A stretch of DNA of 32,000 nucleotides from Propionibacterium ruminifibrarum. GTDB lineage: Bacteria; Actinomycetota; Actinomycetes; Propionibacteriales; Propionibacteriaceae. The notes under the pieces are model-generated. The model was not told where the DNA came from. It was given only the letters and a program-made list of their open reading frames with translations, and did no database searches. Shown one piece after another: positions 8,115-17,018 of the stretch (position 1 is the stretch's first letter; every line of letters begins with the position of its first letter). The stretch spans positions 150,001-182,000 of the forward strand of contig NZ_OMOH01000005.1 in assembly GCF_900289195.1 (NCBI RefSeq), given 5' to 3'. Both the position numbers and the translations under genes were made by a program.

Positions 8115-10238
8115 ATGGTGAACGCATCGACGAGGGTCCGGCTGCTGTGCGCGGTAAACGGTGATTTCTATTCCCACGTCGCCAGGGTCCTGGCCATCGC
8201 TTTGAGATTGCGGGAATATCCTCAATTTGACATCGCATTCTCCGGCAGTGGACGTTTCATGTCCCTCGTCGAGGACCAGGGGTTTGAGGTTCTGGTGACA
8301 GACCATCTCACCGTCGAGGAGGTGGTAGAGAAGTCGGATGAGCGTGGAATTCATTGGTACGACGACCCGGTCCGCCTTGACGCGCTGTTCGCTGCCGAAC
8401 AGGAGGTGTTCGACCGTTGGCGACCTGATGTGTGCCTGAGAGACAACTTCCGCGATCCGGCCAGCGTAGTTGCTCATATGCGCGGGGTCTTGGATATCAT
8501 GATTATCCAGGCTAGCCAGACCGACGCCTACCGGTTCGATTTCATTCCCATCAACTATGATCTGACCGGAGGGGAGGATCAGAAGGAGGCGATGCCAGGC
8601 CTGGTTAGGCTGGCACGCCGAAACGTCTATGCCCCGCTTTACGCAAAAGCCCGAGAGATGGGATTGTCCCCCGAATGCTGTCAGGATTTTGGCGCGGCGG
8701 CGGACTTGTATCTAGTTGCTGACAGCTATTGCCTCTTCCCGATTAAGCCGAGTTCTGGTCACTACGAGCACGTCGGGCCCTTGTGGTACATCAATGCCCA
8801 GGCCAGGCCAGTCTGGCTCGAGGAATTCAGTAACTCGCCTCTGGACCGTTTTCTTATTGCGACCGGATCCACAGGAACTACCAGTTTCGATGAGTTCTTC
8901 CGTCAAGTTGATCCCCAACACGACACATACGCGCTGGCTTTCACTGATGAGGTTCCCCCGCCTTTCTTCGGGGGGTCACCGTCGATCACGAGCACCGTTC
9001 TTCCGCATTGTGATCTGATCGTAAGCGACGGGGGACTTGGTGCCACCTATATGGCCCTCTATGCGGCTAAGCCTACAGTCGCGATCTTCGACCGGTTCGA
9101 ACAACAAGCCAATAGTAGAGCCTTGGAACGGCTTGGCGTGGGGATCGGTTTCGGGATCGGCACGTTGGGCCCCGATGACTTGGTGTGTGCAACGCAGACT
9201 CTCTTGCGGAACCCCGTGGTTGCCTCACAGCTACGGAAAGCTCAACAACGACTGCTCGACGAGCCGGAAGGTGCTCGCTTTGCGGCCATGCTGGTGGCGC
9301 GTGAGTGCGCCCGGCACGCGTCATGGGCTTCGGAGTTCTTGGCTCCCGTGATAGCGGATCTCGAAGAAGAATCCCGGAGCCATCGTCTGGGCGATGAACC
9401 ATGGGTTGCGGCATTAGTTGCAGATTCCTGCTGGTCGGCCGACGGGCGAGGTGACGCAGCGCTCCAGTTCTCCAGCTACCGTGCAGCGCCCAAAGCACCG
9501 GTACTCGACTTCAGGCTCGATGTCGGCCATGTGATAGCGATTGTCGCACAATCGACGGAGGTGGCTGATCGAATCGTAACGGGGCTCGAGGGACGGGGCG
9601 CGGCTGAGGAGGGAAGCGTGACCTTGTTTGGCACGCCGGTGCATGTTGGCGAAACCACGGTGGTGGAACTCGAGTCTCCGACATCGGGGGCACGCGTGGT
9701 CCAGCTCGGTTCCCAACCACTATTCCGGGATGGCCTGCTCACCGGGGCCGACACCGCTGATCGGCTTCTGCTGGTGGTGACCGACGATGACGTTCATGAT
9801 GAAAGGACACTCGCGGAGATCGCCCAGCAGATGGCTCAGTTGCGTGACGATGACACAGCGGTGCTGCTGGTCACAACATCTCCACGTCTCGCGGAAATGT
9901 CCGCCGACGAGGTGGTGCTGGTCGCCCCTGACCATGCTCTCGGACCGGCAGAATCCCGGCGCATCGTGGCTAGATACTGTCCAGGTAGCATCGTGTCCTG
10001 GCATCCGTCCGGGCCGATGCAGGTCGTCGTCCGACACGCGCTCGAGGGGCGTCCTGAGTTCATCGACACGTCCGGGAAGTCGGCCTGCATCACCGACGAC
10101 GTCGCCGGATTCATCAAGCAGCTCGAGATGGCTGGTGCGCGTCAAGGACTTGCATTGGACGAACTGACCATTCGTGCAGCGCATCTCGATGACGTCTACG
10201 CCCTTCTGTTCCCGCCCACGCAGGCAGGTGACCGATGA
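8115..10238 (+). CDS. Fusion protein: N-terminal GT-B (GT1/MGT-like) glycosyltransferase plus a C-terminal degenerate ABC-type ATPase (DrrA/ABC-2-like NBD with a DUF4162-like tail)
   Basis: ATG at 8115 lies 10 nt after AGGAG (8100-8104) and 13 nt after the PKS stop. The N-terminus RVRLLCAVNGDFYSHVARVLAIALRLRE..FDIAFSG is a GT-B N-lobe. The C-lobe signature is LPHCDLIVSDGGLGATYMALYAAKPTVAIFDRFEQQANSRALERLGVG. From aa ~480 (ORF-track numbering) the sequence aligns to ABC NBDs. GHVIAIVAQSTEVADRIVTGLEG replaces the Walker A segment GxxGxGKT/S. LLLVVTDDD and AVLLVTTSPRLAEMSADEVVLV stand for Walker B and the H-loop region. No LSGG signature is present. The tail LTIRAAHLDDVYALLF resembles the sLEDVFl ending of DrrA-type ATPases. 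Confidence 0.85.
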   Translation: MVNASTRVRLLCAVNGDFYSHVARVLAIALRLREYPQFDIAFSGSGRFMSLVEDQGFEVLVTDHLTVEEVVEKSDERGIHWYDDPVRLDALFAAEQEVFDRWRPDVCLRDNFRDPASVVAHMRGVLDIMIIQASQTDAYRFDFIPINYDLTGGEDQKEAMPGLVRLARRNVYAPLYAKAREMGLSPECCQDFGAAADLYLVADSYCLFPIKPSSGHYEHVGPLWYINAQARPVWLEEFSNSPLDRFLIATGSTGTTSFDEFFRQVDPQHDTYALAFTDEVPPPFFGGSPSITSTVLPHCDLIVSDGGLGATYMALYAAKPTVAIFDRFEQQANSRALERLGVGIGFGIGTLGPDDLVCATQTLLRNPVVASQLRKAQQRLLDEPEGARFAAMLVARECARHASWASEFLAPVIADLEEESRSHRLGDEPWVAALVADSCWSADGRGDAALQFSSYRAAPKAPVLDFRLDVGHVIAIVAQSTEVADRIVTGLEGRGAAEEGSVTLFGTPVHVGETTVVELESPTSGARVVQLGSQPLFRDGLLTGADTADRLLLVVTDDDVHDERTLAEIAQQMAQLRDDDTAVLLVTTSPRLAEMSADEVVLVAPDHALGPAESRRIVARYCPGSIVSWHPSGPMQVVVRHALEGRPEFIDTSGKSACITDDVAGFIKQLEMAGARQGLALDELTIRAAHLDDVYALLFPPTQAGDR

Positions 10239-10246
10239 CGACTATA

Positions 10247-10288
10247 GTTTCTTTGCCATCTGTTTCAAAGAAACCGTCGGCGTTTTTT
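10247..10288 (+). promoter_or_regulatory. AT-rich 9-bp hairpin followed 8 nt later by a T6 run, lying between the GT-fusion gene and the ligase gene (weak terminator or attenuator candidate)
   Basis: GTTTCTTTG (10247-10255) pairs perfectly with CAAAGAAAC (10266-10274) across a 10-nt loop. TTTTTT lies at 10283-10288. This is unusual AT-rich structure in a GC-rich locus. Confidence 0.3.
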
Positions 10289-10316
10289 GCCAACTCGTTC
10301 GGGAAAGGCCATCCCG

Positions 10317-11924
10317 ATGAGCATCGTTGATCTTCTGAGGAAGAACGCCCGTGAAATCGGCGAACAGTGTGCTCTCGTTGAATTGGACGTAGATGTCAGG
10401 ACCCAGTGGGTCCCGGAGGAGCCATCGGGCTGGCGTCATAACCTGGCGGCTTGGTGTGTCCGTCGTGAACTGAGCTGGTCAGAGTTCAACCAGCTTTCCA
10501 ACCAATGGGCTGGTTTCCTCATGACTCGCGGAATCAGCACGGGTGACCGCGTCGGGATCCTTATGCTCAACGGGATCGAGTGGCTACCCGTCTACTTCGG
10601 AGTTCTCAAGGCAGGGGCGGTTGTCGTCCCGCTGAACTTCCGTTATGAATCAGCGGAGATCGACTACTGCCTCGAACTCGCAGAAGTCAAGGCTCTCGTG
10701 TTTGGCTCGGAATTCACTGCCAGACTCGCTGAGACCCAATCGGCCCGTGAAGGGCGGTGCGCGATGCTCATGGTGGGCGGTCCGTGTCCGGAGTTCGCAG
10801 AGCCATTCGTTGGGGATCCGTCCGCCGTTGACCCCTGCATTCTCACCGATCCTTCCGACGATGCAGCCATCTATTTCTCAAGCGGCACGACGGGTTTCCC
10901 TAAAGCGATCCTTCATTGCCATTCAGCCCTGATTCACGCTGCGCGGGCCGAGCAGAATCACCACTCCCAGACAGGCGACGACGTCTTCCTGTGTATTCCA
11001 CCTCTGTACCACGCCGGCGCGAAGATGCATTGGTTCGGGAGTCTGCTCACAGGCGGACGGTGTGTGTTGCTGCGTGGAGTGACCCCATGGTCGATCCTAG
11101 CAGCGGTCAGCGCTGAGAAATGCACCATCGTGTGGCTGCTGGTTCCATGGGCGCAGGACATCCTGCTGGCCATCGAACGGGGAGAACTCGATCCTGCAGC
11201 GCATGAACTGGACCAGTGGCGGCTTATGCATATCGGTGCTCAACCGGTTCCAGAGAACCTCATCTGGAGATGGCAGGAGACTTTCCCAAATCAACGCTAT
11301 GACACGAACTACGGTTTGACCGAGGCTACAGGTCCCGGGTGTGTCCATCTCGGCGTCGACAACGTCGACCACGCGGGAGCTATAGGGCGCGCAGGATATG
11401 GATGGCGGACCAAGGTGGTCGATGATTGCGGTCGCGATGTGGTGCGGGGGCAGCGTGGCGAACTCGCAGTCCGTGGCCCCGGGGTTATGAAGGGCTACTT
11501 CAAGGATGAGACCGCCACACGGGCGGTTCTCGATTCCGACGGGTGGCTCCTGACCGGAGATATCGTTGAGGAAGATCCCGATGGTTTCCTGTGGCTCGTA
11601 GATAGGAAGAAGGATGTGATCATCAGCGGGGGTGAGAACATCTACCCTGGGCAGATCGAGCGATTCTTAGCGGGGGACCCGCGGGTCAAAGATGTCGCAC
11701 TGATAGGTCTTCCCGATGAGCGCCTCGGAGAGGTTGCGGCTGCAGTCGTGGAGGTGAAGCCTGATGTTGTGCTCACTTCAACAGACGTATTCGCCTTGTG
11801 TGAGGAATTGCCGCGCTACAAGCGTCCGCGGCACATCATCTTTGCCCCAGTCATCAGGAACGGAACGGGAAAGATTGATAAACCTGCCTTGAGAGCCATG
11901 TACGCCCATTCAGATGGTTTCTGA
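10317..11924 (+). CDS. AMP-dependent synthetase/ligase (ANL superfamily; acyl-CoA synthetase-like)
   Basis: ATG at 10317 is preceded by GGGAAAGG; the track start at 10287 is a TTG and is less likely. Core motifs present: YFSSGTTGFPKA (A3), YGLTEA (A5), GWLLTGD (A7), DRKKDVIISGGENIYP (A8) and GKIDKPALR (A10 Lys). No obvious FAAL-type insertion was seen. Confidence 0.9.
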   Translation: MSIVDLLRKNAREIGEQCALVELDVDVRTQWVPEEPSGWRHNLAAWCVRRELSWSEFNQLSNQWAGFLMTRGISTGDRVGILMLNGIEWLPVYFGVLKAGAVVVPLNFRYESAEIDYCLELAEVKALVFGSEFTARLAETQSAREGRCAMLMVGGPCPEFAEPFVGDPSAVDPCILTDPSDDAAIYFSSGTTGFPKAILHCHSALIHAARAEQNHHSQTGDDVFLCIPPLYHAGAKMHWFGSLLTGGRCVLLRGVTPWSILAAVSAEKCTIVWLLVPWAQDILLAIERGELDPAAHELDQWRLMHIGAQPVPENLIWRWQETFPNQRYDTNYGLTEATGPGCVHLGVDNVDHAGAIGRAGYGWRTKVVDDCGRDVVRGQRGELAVRGPGVMKGYFKDETATRAVLDSDGWLLTGDIVEEDPDGFLWLVDRKKDVIISGGENIYPGQIERFLAGDPRVKDVALIGLPDERLGEVAAAVVEVKPDVVLTSTDVFALCEELPRYKRPRHIIFAPVIRNGTGKIDKPALRAMYAHSDGF

Positions 11925-11950
11925 TTATGGTGGTCCCGAGTAAAATGAGG

Positions 11951-11969
11951 CTCCATCGTGTCGGTGGAG
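11951..11969 (+). terminator. Short hairpin after the ligase gene (possible terminator or IS-end structure)
   Basis: CTCCATCG / CGGTGGAG forms an 8-bp stem (one G-U pair) with a 3-nt loop, 27 nt after the stop. There is no U tract. Confidence 0.25.
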
Positions 11970-12065
11970 CGATTAGGTCATCGTCAAGGCCTTGTCGATC
12001 TGGATGTGGATCTTAGCCTTGAAATCCAGCGGGTTAAAGCGTTCGATCTGATTCGTACCAGTTGA

Positions 12066-12331
12066 AAGATGATGACCGACCATGGGATTCTCCAATCCGT
12101 GGGCCGGATCGGTAGCTGCTTCGACAATGCCGCTGCCGAGTCCTTCAATGCGATCCTGAAGAACGAACTCGTGAACCGTAAGGTCTACCCGACCCGTCAG
12201 TACGCAGCCCAGGACGTGACAGCCTGGATCGAGTACGACTCGATCGCAAACGCCTCCACTCGGCCATCGATTACCAGACTCCCAACCAAGTCGATACCGA
12301 ATGGAGGCAACACCAGCAGACAGCAGCCTAA
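12066..12331 (+). mobile_element. IS3-family transposase (OrfB/integrase-core) C-terminal remnant, 5'-truncated and frameshifted (pseudogene)
   Basis: DHGILQSVGRIGSCFDNAAAESFNAILKNELVNRKVYPTRQYAAQDVTAWIEY matches the conserved ..G...S.G..G.C.DNA.AESF...LK.E. block of IS3 transposases. The expected continuation RKRLHSAIDYQTPNQVDTEWRQHQQTAA* is found only in the -1 frame from 12245 (TAA at 12329-12331). No N-terminal or DDE part is present. A possible right end ...CACTCCA lies near 12372. Confidence 0.75.
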
Positions 12332-12404
12332 ACCAACCATTAACCACTGTCCGAAAAACCTATATCACTCCAGAGTTTTGCATAACCCTCCTGGTTCTTC
12401 ATTG

Positions 12405-12535
12405 CTGAACGTCAAGCTATCCACCGCAGCACCTTCACCTCGGTGGCAAGGGCCGCAGTTCATCACTGGCTGGGACAAACGCAAACATCCATTCGTATGG
12501 ACAAAACCCTCGACAGAATCAACTGGAAAGGTAAG
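12405..12535 (+). mobile_element. IS630/Tc1-mariner-family transposase extreme C-terminal remnant (pseudogene fragment)
   Basis: QFITGWDKRKHPFVWTK (about 12456-12506) matches the conserved FI..WN....PF.WTK tail of IS630-family transposases. Nothing upstream resembles the catalytic domain. Confidence 0.55.
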
Positions 12536-12657
12536 TATGCCTCAACTACAGGATACACTTGGATCGTGTTCGCCTGCTCGCCTATGCTCTCTTGCGACGA
12601 CCGATCCCGTCCGGCCCACGACGTCCGGAACGGTTCCAGCACGTCAAGGAGACTCAG

Positions 12658-13194
12658 ATGACCTCTCGCCGAATCCCTCTTCTCGCCCGGCTCGGCCTGC
12701 CCGCCATCGCCCTGGCCCTTGTCACCGGCTGCGCACCCAGCGCCAGTACCGCGATGGTCATTGACGACGTGACGGTCTCCGAGAACCACCTCGACGCCCT
12801 CACCGAGGGGTGCTCCGAGGCCCTCGACATAGCCGGTCTCGGCGGCCAGTACCCAGACGGTGAGGTGCGCCGGAACGTCGCCTCCTGGGTCGCGCAGGGC
12901 CTCATGGCCGACGCCCTCATCGAGCGCGCCAACATCACCGTCTCCGACAGTGAGCTCCAGGAGGCCCGTGCCGGGCTGAGGAACTCCGAGCTGTTCACCA
13001 CCACCGCCAACTGCACCGACGCCTTCATGGGCATCGTCAAGCTCACCGCCTACGTCTCCATGGAGGGTGAGGCCACCGCTCTCGCCCAGGCCGCCGACGT
13101 CGAGGTCGAGATCAACCCCAGGTACGGCACCTGGGATCTCGACGAACTCACCATCGAGGGCACCGGTTCGCTGTCCTCACGCAGTGAGAGCTGA
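12658..13194 (+). CDS. Lipoprotein, SurA-N-terminal-domain-like (function uncertain)
   Basis: ATG at 12658 lies 8 nt after AAGGAG (12644-12649). The signal peptide has a lipobox: MTSRRIPLLARLGLPAIALALVTGC. The stop TGA (13192-13194) overlaps the mazG ATG by 1 nt. Confidence 0.8.
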   Translation: MTSRRIPLLARLGLPAIALALVTGCAPSASTAMVIDDVTVSENHLDALTEGCSEALDIAGLGGQYPDGEVRRNVASWVAQGLMADALIERANITVSDSELQEARAGLRNSELFTTTANCTDAFMGIVKLTAYVSMEGEATALAQAADVEVEINPRYGTWDLDELTIEGTGSLSSRSES

Positions 13195-13832
13195 TGGTCG
13201 CTGAGGACCCCGAACCCAGGGGCGCCCAGTTCGAGCGCCTCGTGCAGGTGATGGACCGGCTGCGGGTCGACTGCCCGTGGGATGCCGCGCAGACGCACCG
13301 CAGCCTCGTCAAGCACCTCATCGAGGAGTCCGCCGAACTGGTCGACGCCATCGAGACCGGCAGCGACGAGGACCTGCGCGAGGAACTCGGGGACGTCCTC
13401 ATGCAGGTGGTCTTCCACGCCAGGCTCGCCGAGGAGGACGGGCTCTTCACCATCGACGACGTCGCCGCCGCCATCGCCGACAAGCTGGTGCGGCGCCATC
13501 CCCACGTCTTCGCCGGCGAGGACACCCCGGACGACCTGGACACCCTCTGGGAGGTGCGCAAGCGCGCCGCCAAGCGCCGGGACTCCTGCCTGGACGGCAT
13601 CGCCGAGTCCCTGCCGACCCTGGCCCGTGCGGCGAAGACGGCCCAGCGCCTGGACAACGGGGGACCGGACCAGGTGCCGTTCGCCGACGAACCGATCACC
13701 GCCGAGGAGGCCGGTACACAAGTCCTTTTGCTGGTGCAAAGAGCCCAGGCGAGCGGCGTCGACATCGACCAAGCCGTTCGTGACGCCACCCGAGCCTGGG
13801 AGGACACTATCAGGGACGCTGAGAAATCCTAG
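13194..13832 (+). CDS. mazG: Nucleoside triphosphate pyrophosphohydrolase MazG
   Basis: FERLVQVMDRLRVDCPWDAAQTHRSLVKHLIEESAELVDAIE...LREELGDVLMQVVFHARLAEE...KLVRRHPHVF is the typical MazG EExxE/D motif context. The position upstream of eno matches actinobacterial synteny. Confidence 0.92.
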   Translation: MVAEDPEPRGAQFERLVQVMDRLRVDCPWDAAQTHRSLVKHLIEESAELVDAIETGSDEDLREELGDVLMQVVFHARLAEEDGLFTIDDVAAAIADKLVRRHPHVFAGEDTPDDLDTLWEVRKRAAKRRDSCLDGIAESLPTLARAAKTAQRLDNGGPDQVPFADEPITAEEAGTQVLLLVQRAQASGVDIDQAVRDATRAWEDTIRDAEKS

Positions 13833-13846
13833 GCGGGCCCGAGCCG

Positions 13847-13864
13847 GCGCACCGTCCGGTGCGC
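13847..13864 (+). terminator. Hairpin after mazG
   Basis: GCGCACC-GTCC-GGTGCGC, a 7-bp GC stem, lies 15 nt after the TAG. There is no U tract, which is common in high-GC actinobacteria. Confidence 0.35.
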
Positions 13865-13874
13865 GGACGCAGCC

Positions 13875-13935
13875 TTGACATTGTGTGAATTTGCTGATTT
13901 CGTTTAGTTATTCGCATATGCAAATGAAAGGAGGC
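13875..13935 (+). promoter_or_regulatory. AT-rich putative promoter/RBS region for the downstream lipoprotein gene
   Basis: A perfect TTGACA lies at 13875-13880 in a locally AT-rich stretch. The 8-bp palindrome GCATATGC lies at 13914-13921. The RBS AAAGGAGG (13927-13934) lies 5 nt before ATG 13940. No convincing -10 hexamer could be fixed. Confidence 0.35.
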
Positions 13936-13939
13936 TGCC

Positions 13940-14677
13940 ATGGCTCGCATCCCGGCCCTCATCCTCGGTCTCGGCGTGTCCACTCTGCTTCTCGTCAGCG
14001 CCTGCCTCGGCCCCACCGACAACGACTCCCAGACCGGTGCGGACGCATCCACGGCCGCCCGGTCCGCCTCCTCCGCGTTCGTCTCGCCCGCCGGCTCCAG
14101 CGGTACCGCCTCGCCGAGCCGTTCGGCGTCGAGCCCGGTCTCGTCCACGGCGTCCTCCAGCGCCTCGGGCGGCGCCGTGAGCGACGAGTACGAGGGCAAG
14201 CGCACCAACGACTTCCAACGCATCGCGGCCGACGAACTCGGCGGACTGCCCCAGCGCCGTCTCAAGAGCGACCCGCCCAACCACGAGATGACCGTCCAGT
14301 ACGTCACGGGCGACTCCAGCCGCCAGATCTTCCTGCGCGCCTACTTCGCCGGCCAGAACGGTGAACTCGGCCCGGTCGCATCGGTCGACGATCCCTACTT
14401 CGACACCGTCGTCACCAGCGCACGCGACGCCTTCGTCGACGAGGGCGCCCCGGACGTCGTCATCCGTACCACCACGGTGCAGGGCCTGGAGTGGAGCTGC
14501 GCCGAGGGCATCAACCCGACCAAGAACATCCACCGCGGGCTGTGCGCCACCGTCAAGTACGGCCGCGTCATCGAGATCCAGCCCACGCAGGTCGGCCCCG
14601 ACGCCGACGGAGCCACGAGCCGGGCCTGGGACGACCAGATCATGAACGAGGTCAGCGCACTCGTCAACGCGCTGTGA
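13940..14677 (+). CDS. Lipoprotein with Ser/Ala-rich linker (unknown function; occupies the position of lpqU in M. tuberculosis synteny)
   Basis: Signal peptide plus lipobox MARIPALILGLGVSTLLLVSAC. The low-complexity linker is SASSAFVSPAGSSGTASPSRSASSPVSSTASSSASGG. A strong RBS is present. Confidence 0.85.
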   Translation: MARIPALILGLGVSTLLLVSACLGPTDNDSQTGADASTAARSASSAFVSPAGSSGTASPSRSASSPVSSTASSSASGGAVSDEYEGKRTNDFQRIAADELGGLPQRRLKSDPPNHEMTVQYVTGDSSRQIFLRAYFAGQNGELGPVASVDDPYFDTVVTSARDAFVDEGAPDVVIRTTTVQGLEWSCAEGINPTKNIHRGLCATVKYGRVIEIQPTQVGPDADGATSRAWDDQIMNEVSALVNAL

Positions 14678-14781
14678 ACCGCCGCCCTCATCGTCGGCCG
14701 CCCTCCGTCTCGCCTGATGAGCGCCCCAGGAACCATGGCTCGGGCCGGTGGTGAACCGATAGGATTGGCGCGCGAGAGTGA

Positions 14782-16119
<1,338 letters not shown>

Positions 16120-16164
16120 ATGTCCTGGACGGCCAGGTGCACTGACCTGACCGGCCCCTGATCC

Positions 16165-16194
16165 GGAGGGCGGCGCCCCACGGTGCCGCCCTCC
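16165..16194 (+). terminator. Strong GC hairpin downstream of eno
   Basis: GGAGGGCGGC (16165-16174) pairs perfectly with GCCGCCCTCC (16185-16194). The stem can extend by 3 more pairs around a 4-nt loop. There is no U tract. Confidence 0.5.
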
Positions 16195-16308
16195 GACCAT
16201 GCCCTGGACCGGTGCCCTGACTCGTGCCCCGGGCCACCCCGGAAGAACCGTGCGAACCCATGACAGGCGAGGCCGCCACCAAGGGGACGGGCCGGCCGCG
16301 GGCCTACA

Positions 16309-16965
16309 ATGTCGGACATGACTTCCCCACGGTCCGGCCGGCCCGCCGGGGCGCGTCCCCCGGCCGGCGACACGCCGTCGCGTCGCACGGCGCAGCGCGC
16401 GTCCTCCCGGCACAGCTCACGCGACAGGAACCGCGTGCAGGTGCAGGCTGGCCCGGAGGCGACTTCCAGCGACGGGGAGGCCGCCGAGCAGCTCCCGGCC
16501 GATCGCGGCGGGATCCACCTGACGAAACGTCTGGTCGCCGTCCTGCTCGTCGGGGCCATGCTCATCTTCTCGATCATCTCGAACCTGACCGTCTACCTGA
16601 ACCAGAGACGGCAGATGGCCGAGGCGCGCGCGCAGATCATCGCGAGCAACGAGCACATCGCCGACCTGCTCACGGAACAGGAACGCTGGTCGGACCCCAA
16701 CTACGTGCGGGCCCAGGCCCGTGCCCGGCTCGGCTGGGTGCAGGCCGGTGAGGTCGGCTACCAGGTGATCGACGAGGACGGTCAGCCCTACGGCGGCGGC
16801 TCGGGCATCGACCACACGGGGGCCTCGACCAGCGAGGATCAGTCCTGGTGGGAACGCATCTGGAGCTCGGTCGGCGAGGCCGACGCCCCGACGAGCGCGC
16901 CGCCCAGCGTCGATGACGAACGGGTCGTCACCGAGGGCGGCGCCACCCCCACCCCTGGTGGCTGA
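16309..16965 (+). CDS. ftsB: Septum formation initiator family protein (FtsB/DivIC-like)
   Basis: A basic, disordered N-terminus is followed by a single TM (LVAVLLVGAMLIFSIISNLTV). Then comes a coiled-coil plus the conserved DPNYVRAQARARLGWV motif. The position between eno and DUF501 matches Rv1024. Confidence 0.85.
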   Translation: MSDMTSPRSGRPAGARPPAGDTPSRRTAQRASSRHSSRDRNRVQVQAGPEATSSDGEAAEQLPADRGGIHLTKRLVAVLLVGAMLIFSIISNLTVYLNQRRQMAEARAQIIASNEHIADLLTEQERWSDPNYVRAQARARLGWVQAGEVGYQVIDEDGQPYGGGSGIDHTGASTSEDQSWWERIWSSVGEADAPTSAPPSVDDERVVTEGGATPTPGG

Positions 16966-17018
16966 GCCCACCCCCGGCGCGTGCCGGTCCTTCGCTCGCG
17001 CCGTGGAAGAATTGAACC

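Noticed and set aside
11973-12068. Minus-strand peptide ...TGTNQIERFNPLDFKAKIHIQIDKALTMT*, possibly a third IS remnant (the IERFN motif occurs in several transposase families)
   Set aside because: There are only ~30 informative residues and the sequence after IERFN matches no family I can recall. The rest of that ORF is simply antisense to the IS3 fragment.
12069-12764. 231-aa ORF as a single protein
   Set aside because: It is a chance read-through that concatenates an IS3 tail, an IS630 tail and the upstream region of the lipoprotein gene. It is not a coherent protein.
13050-13878. Several 160-240-aa ORFs antisense to or out of frame with mazG (13050..13772 -, 13148..13807 -, 13277..13783 +, 13282..13878 +)
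   Set aside because: The mazG frame carries the family motifs. The others are Arg/Pro/Ser-rich GC artefacts.
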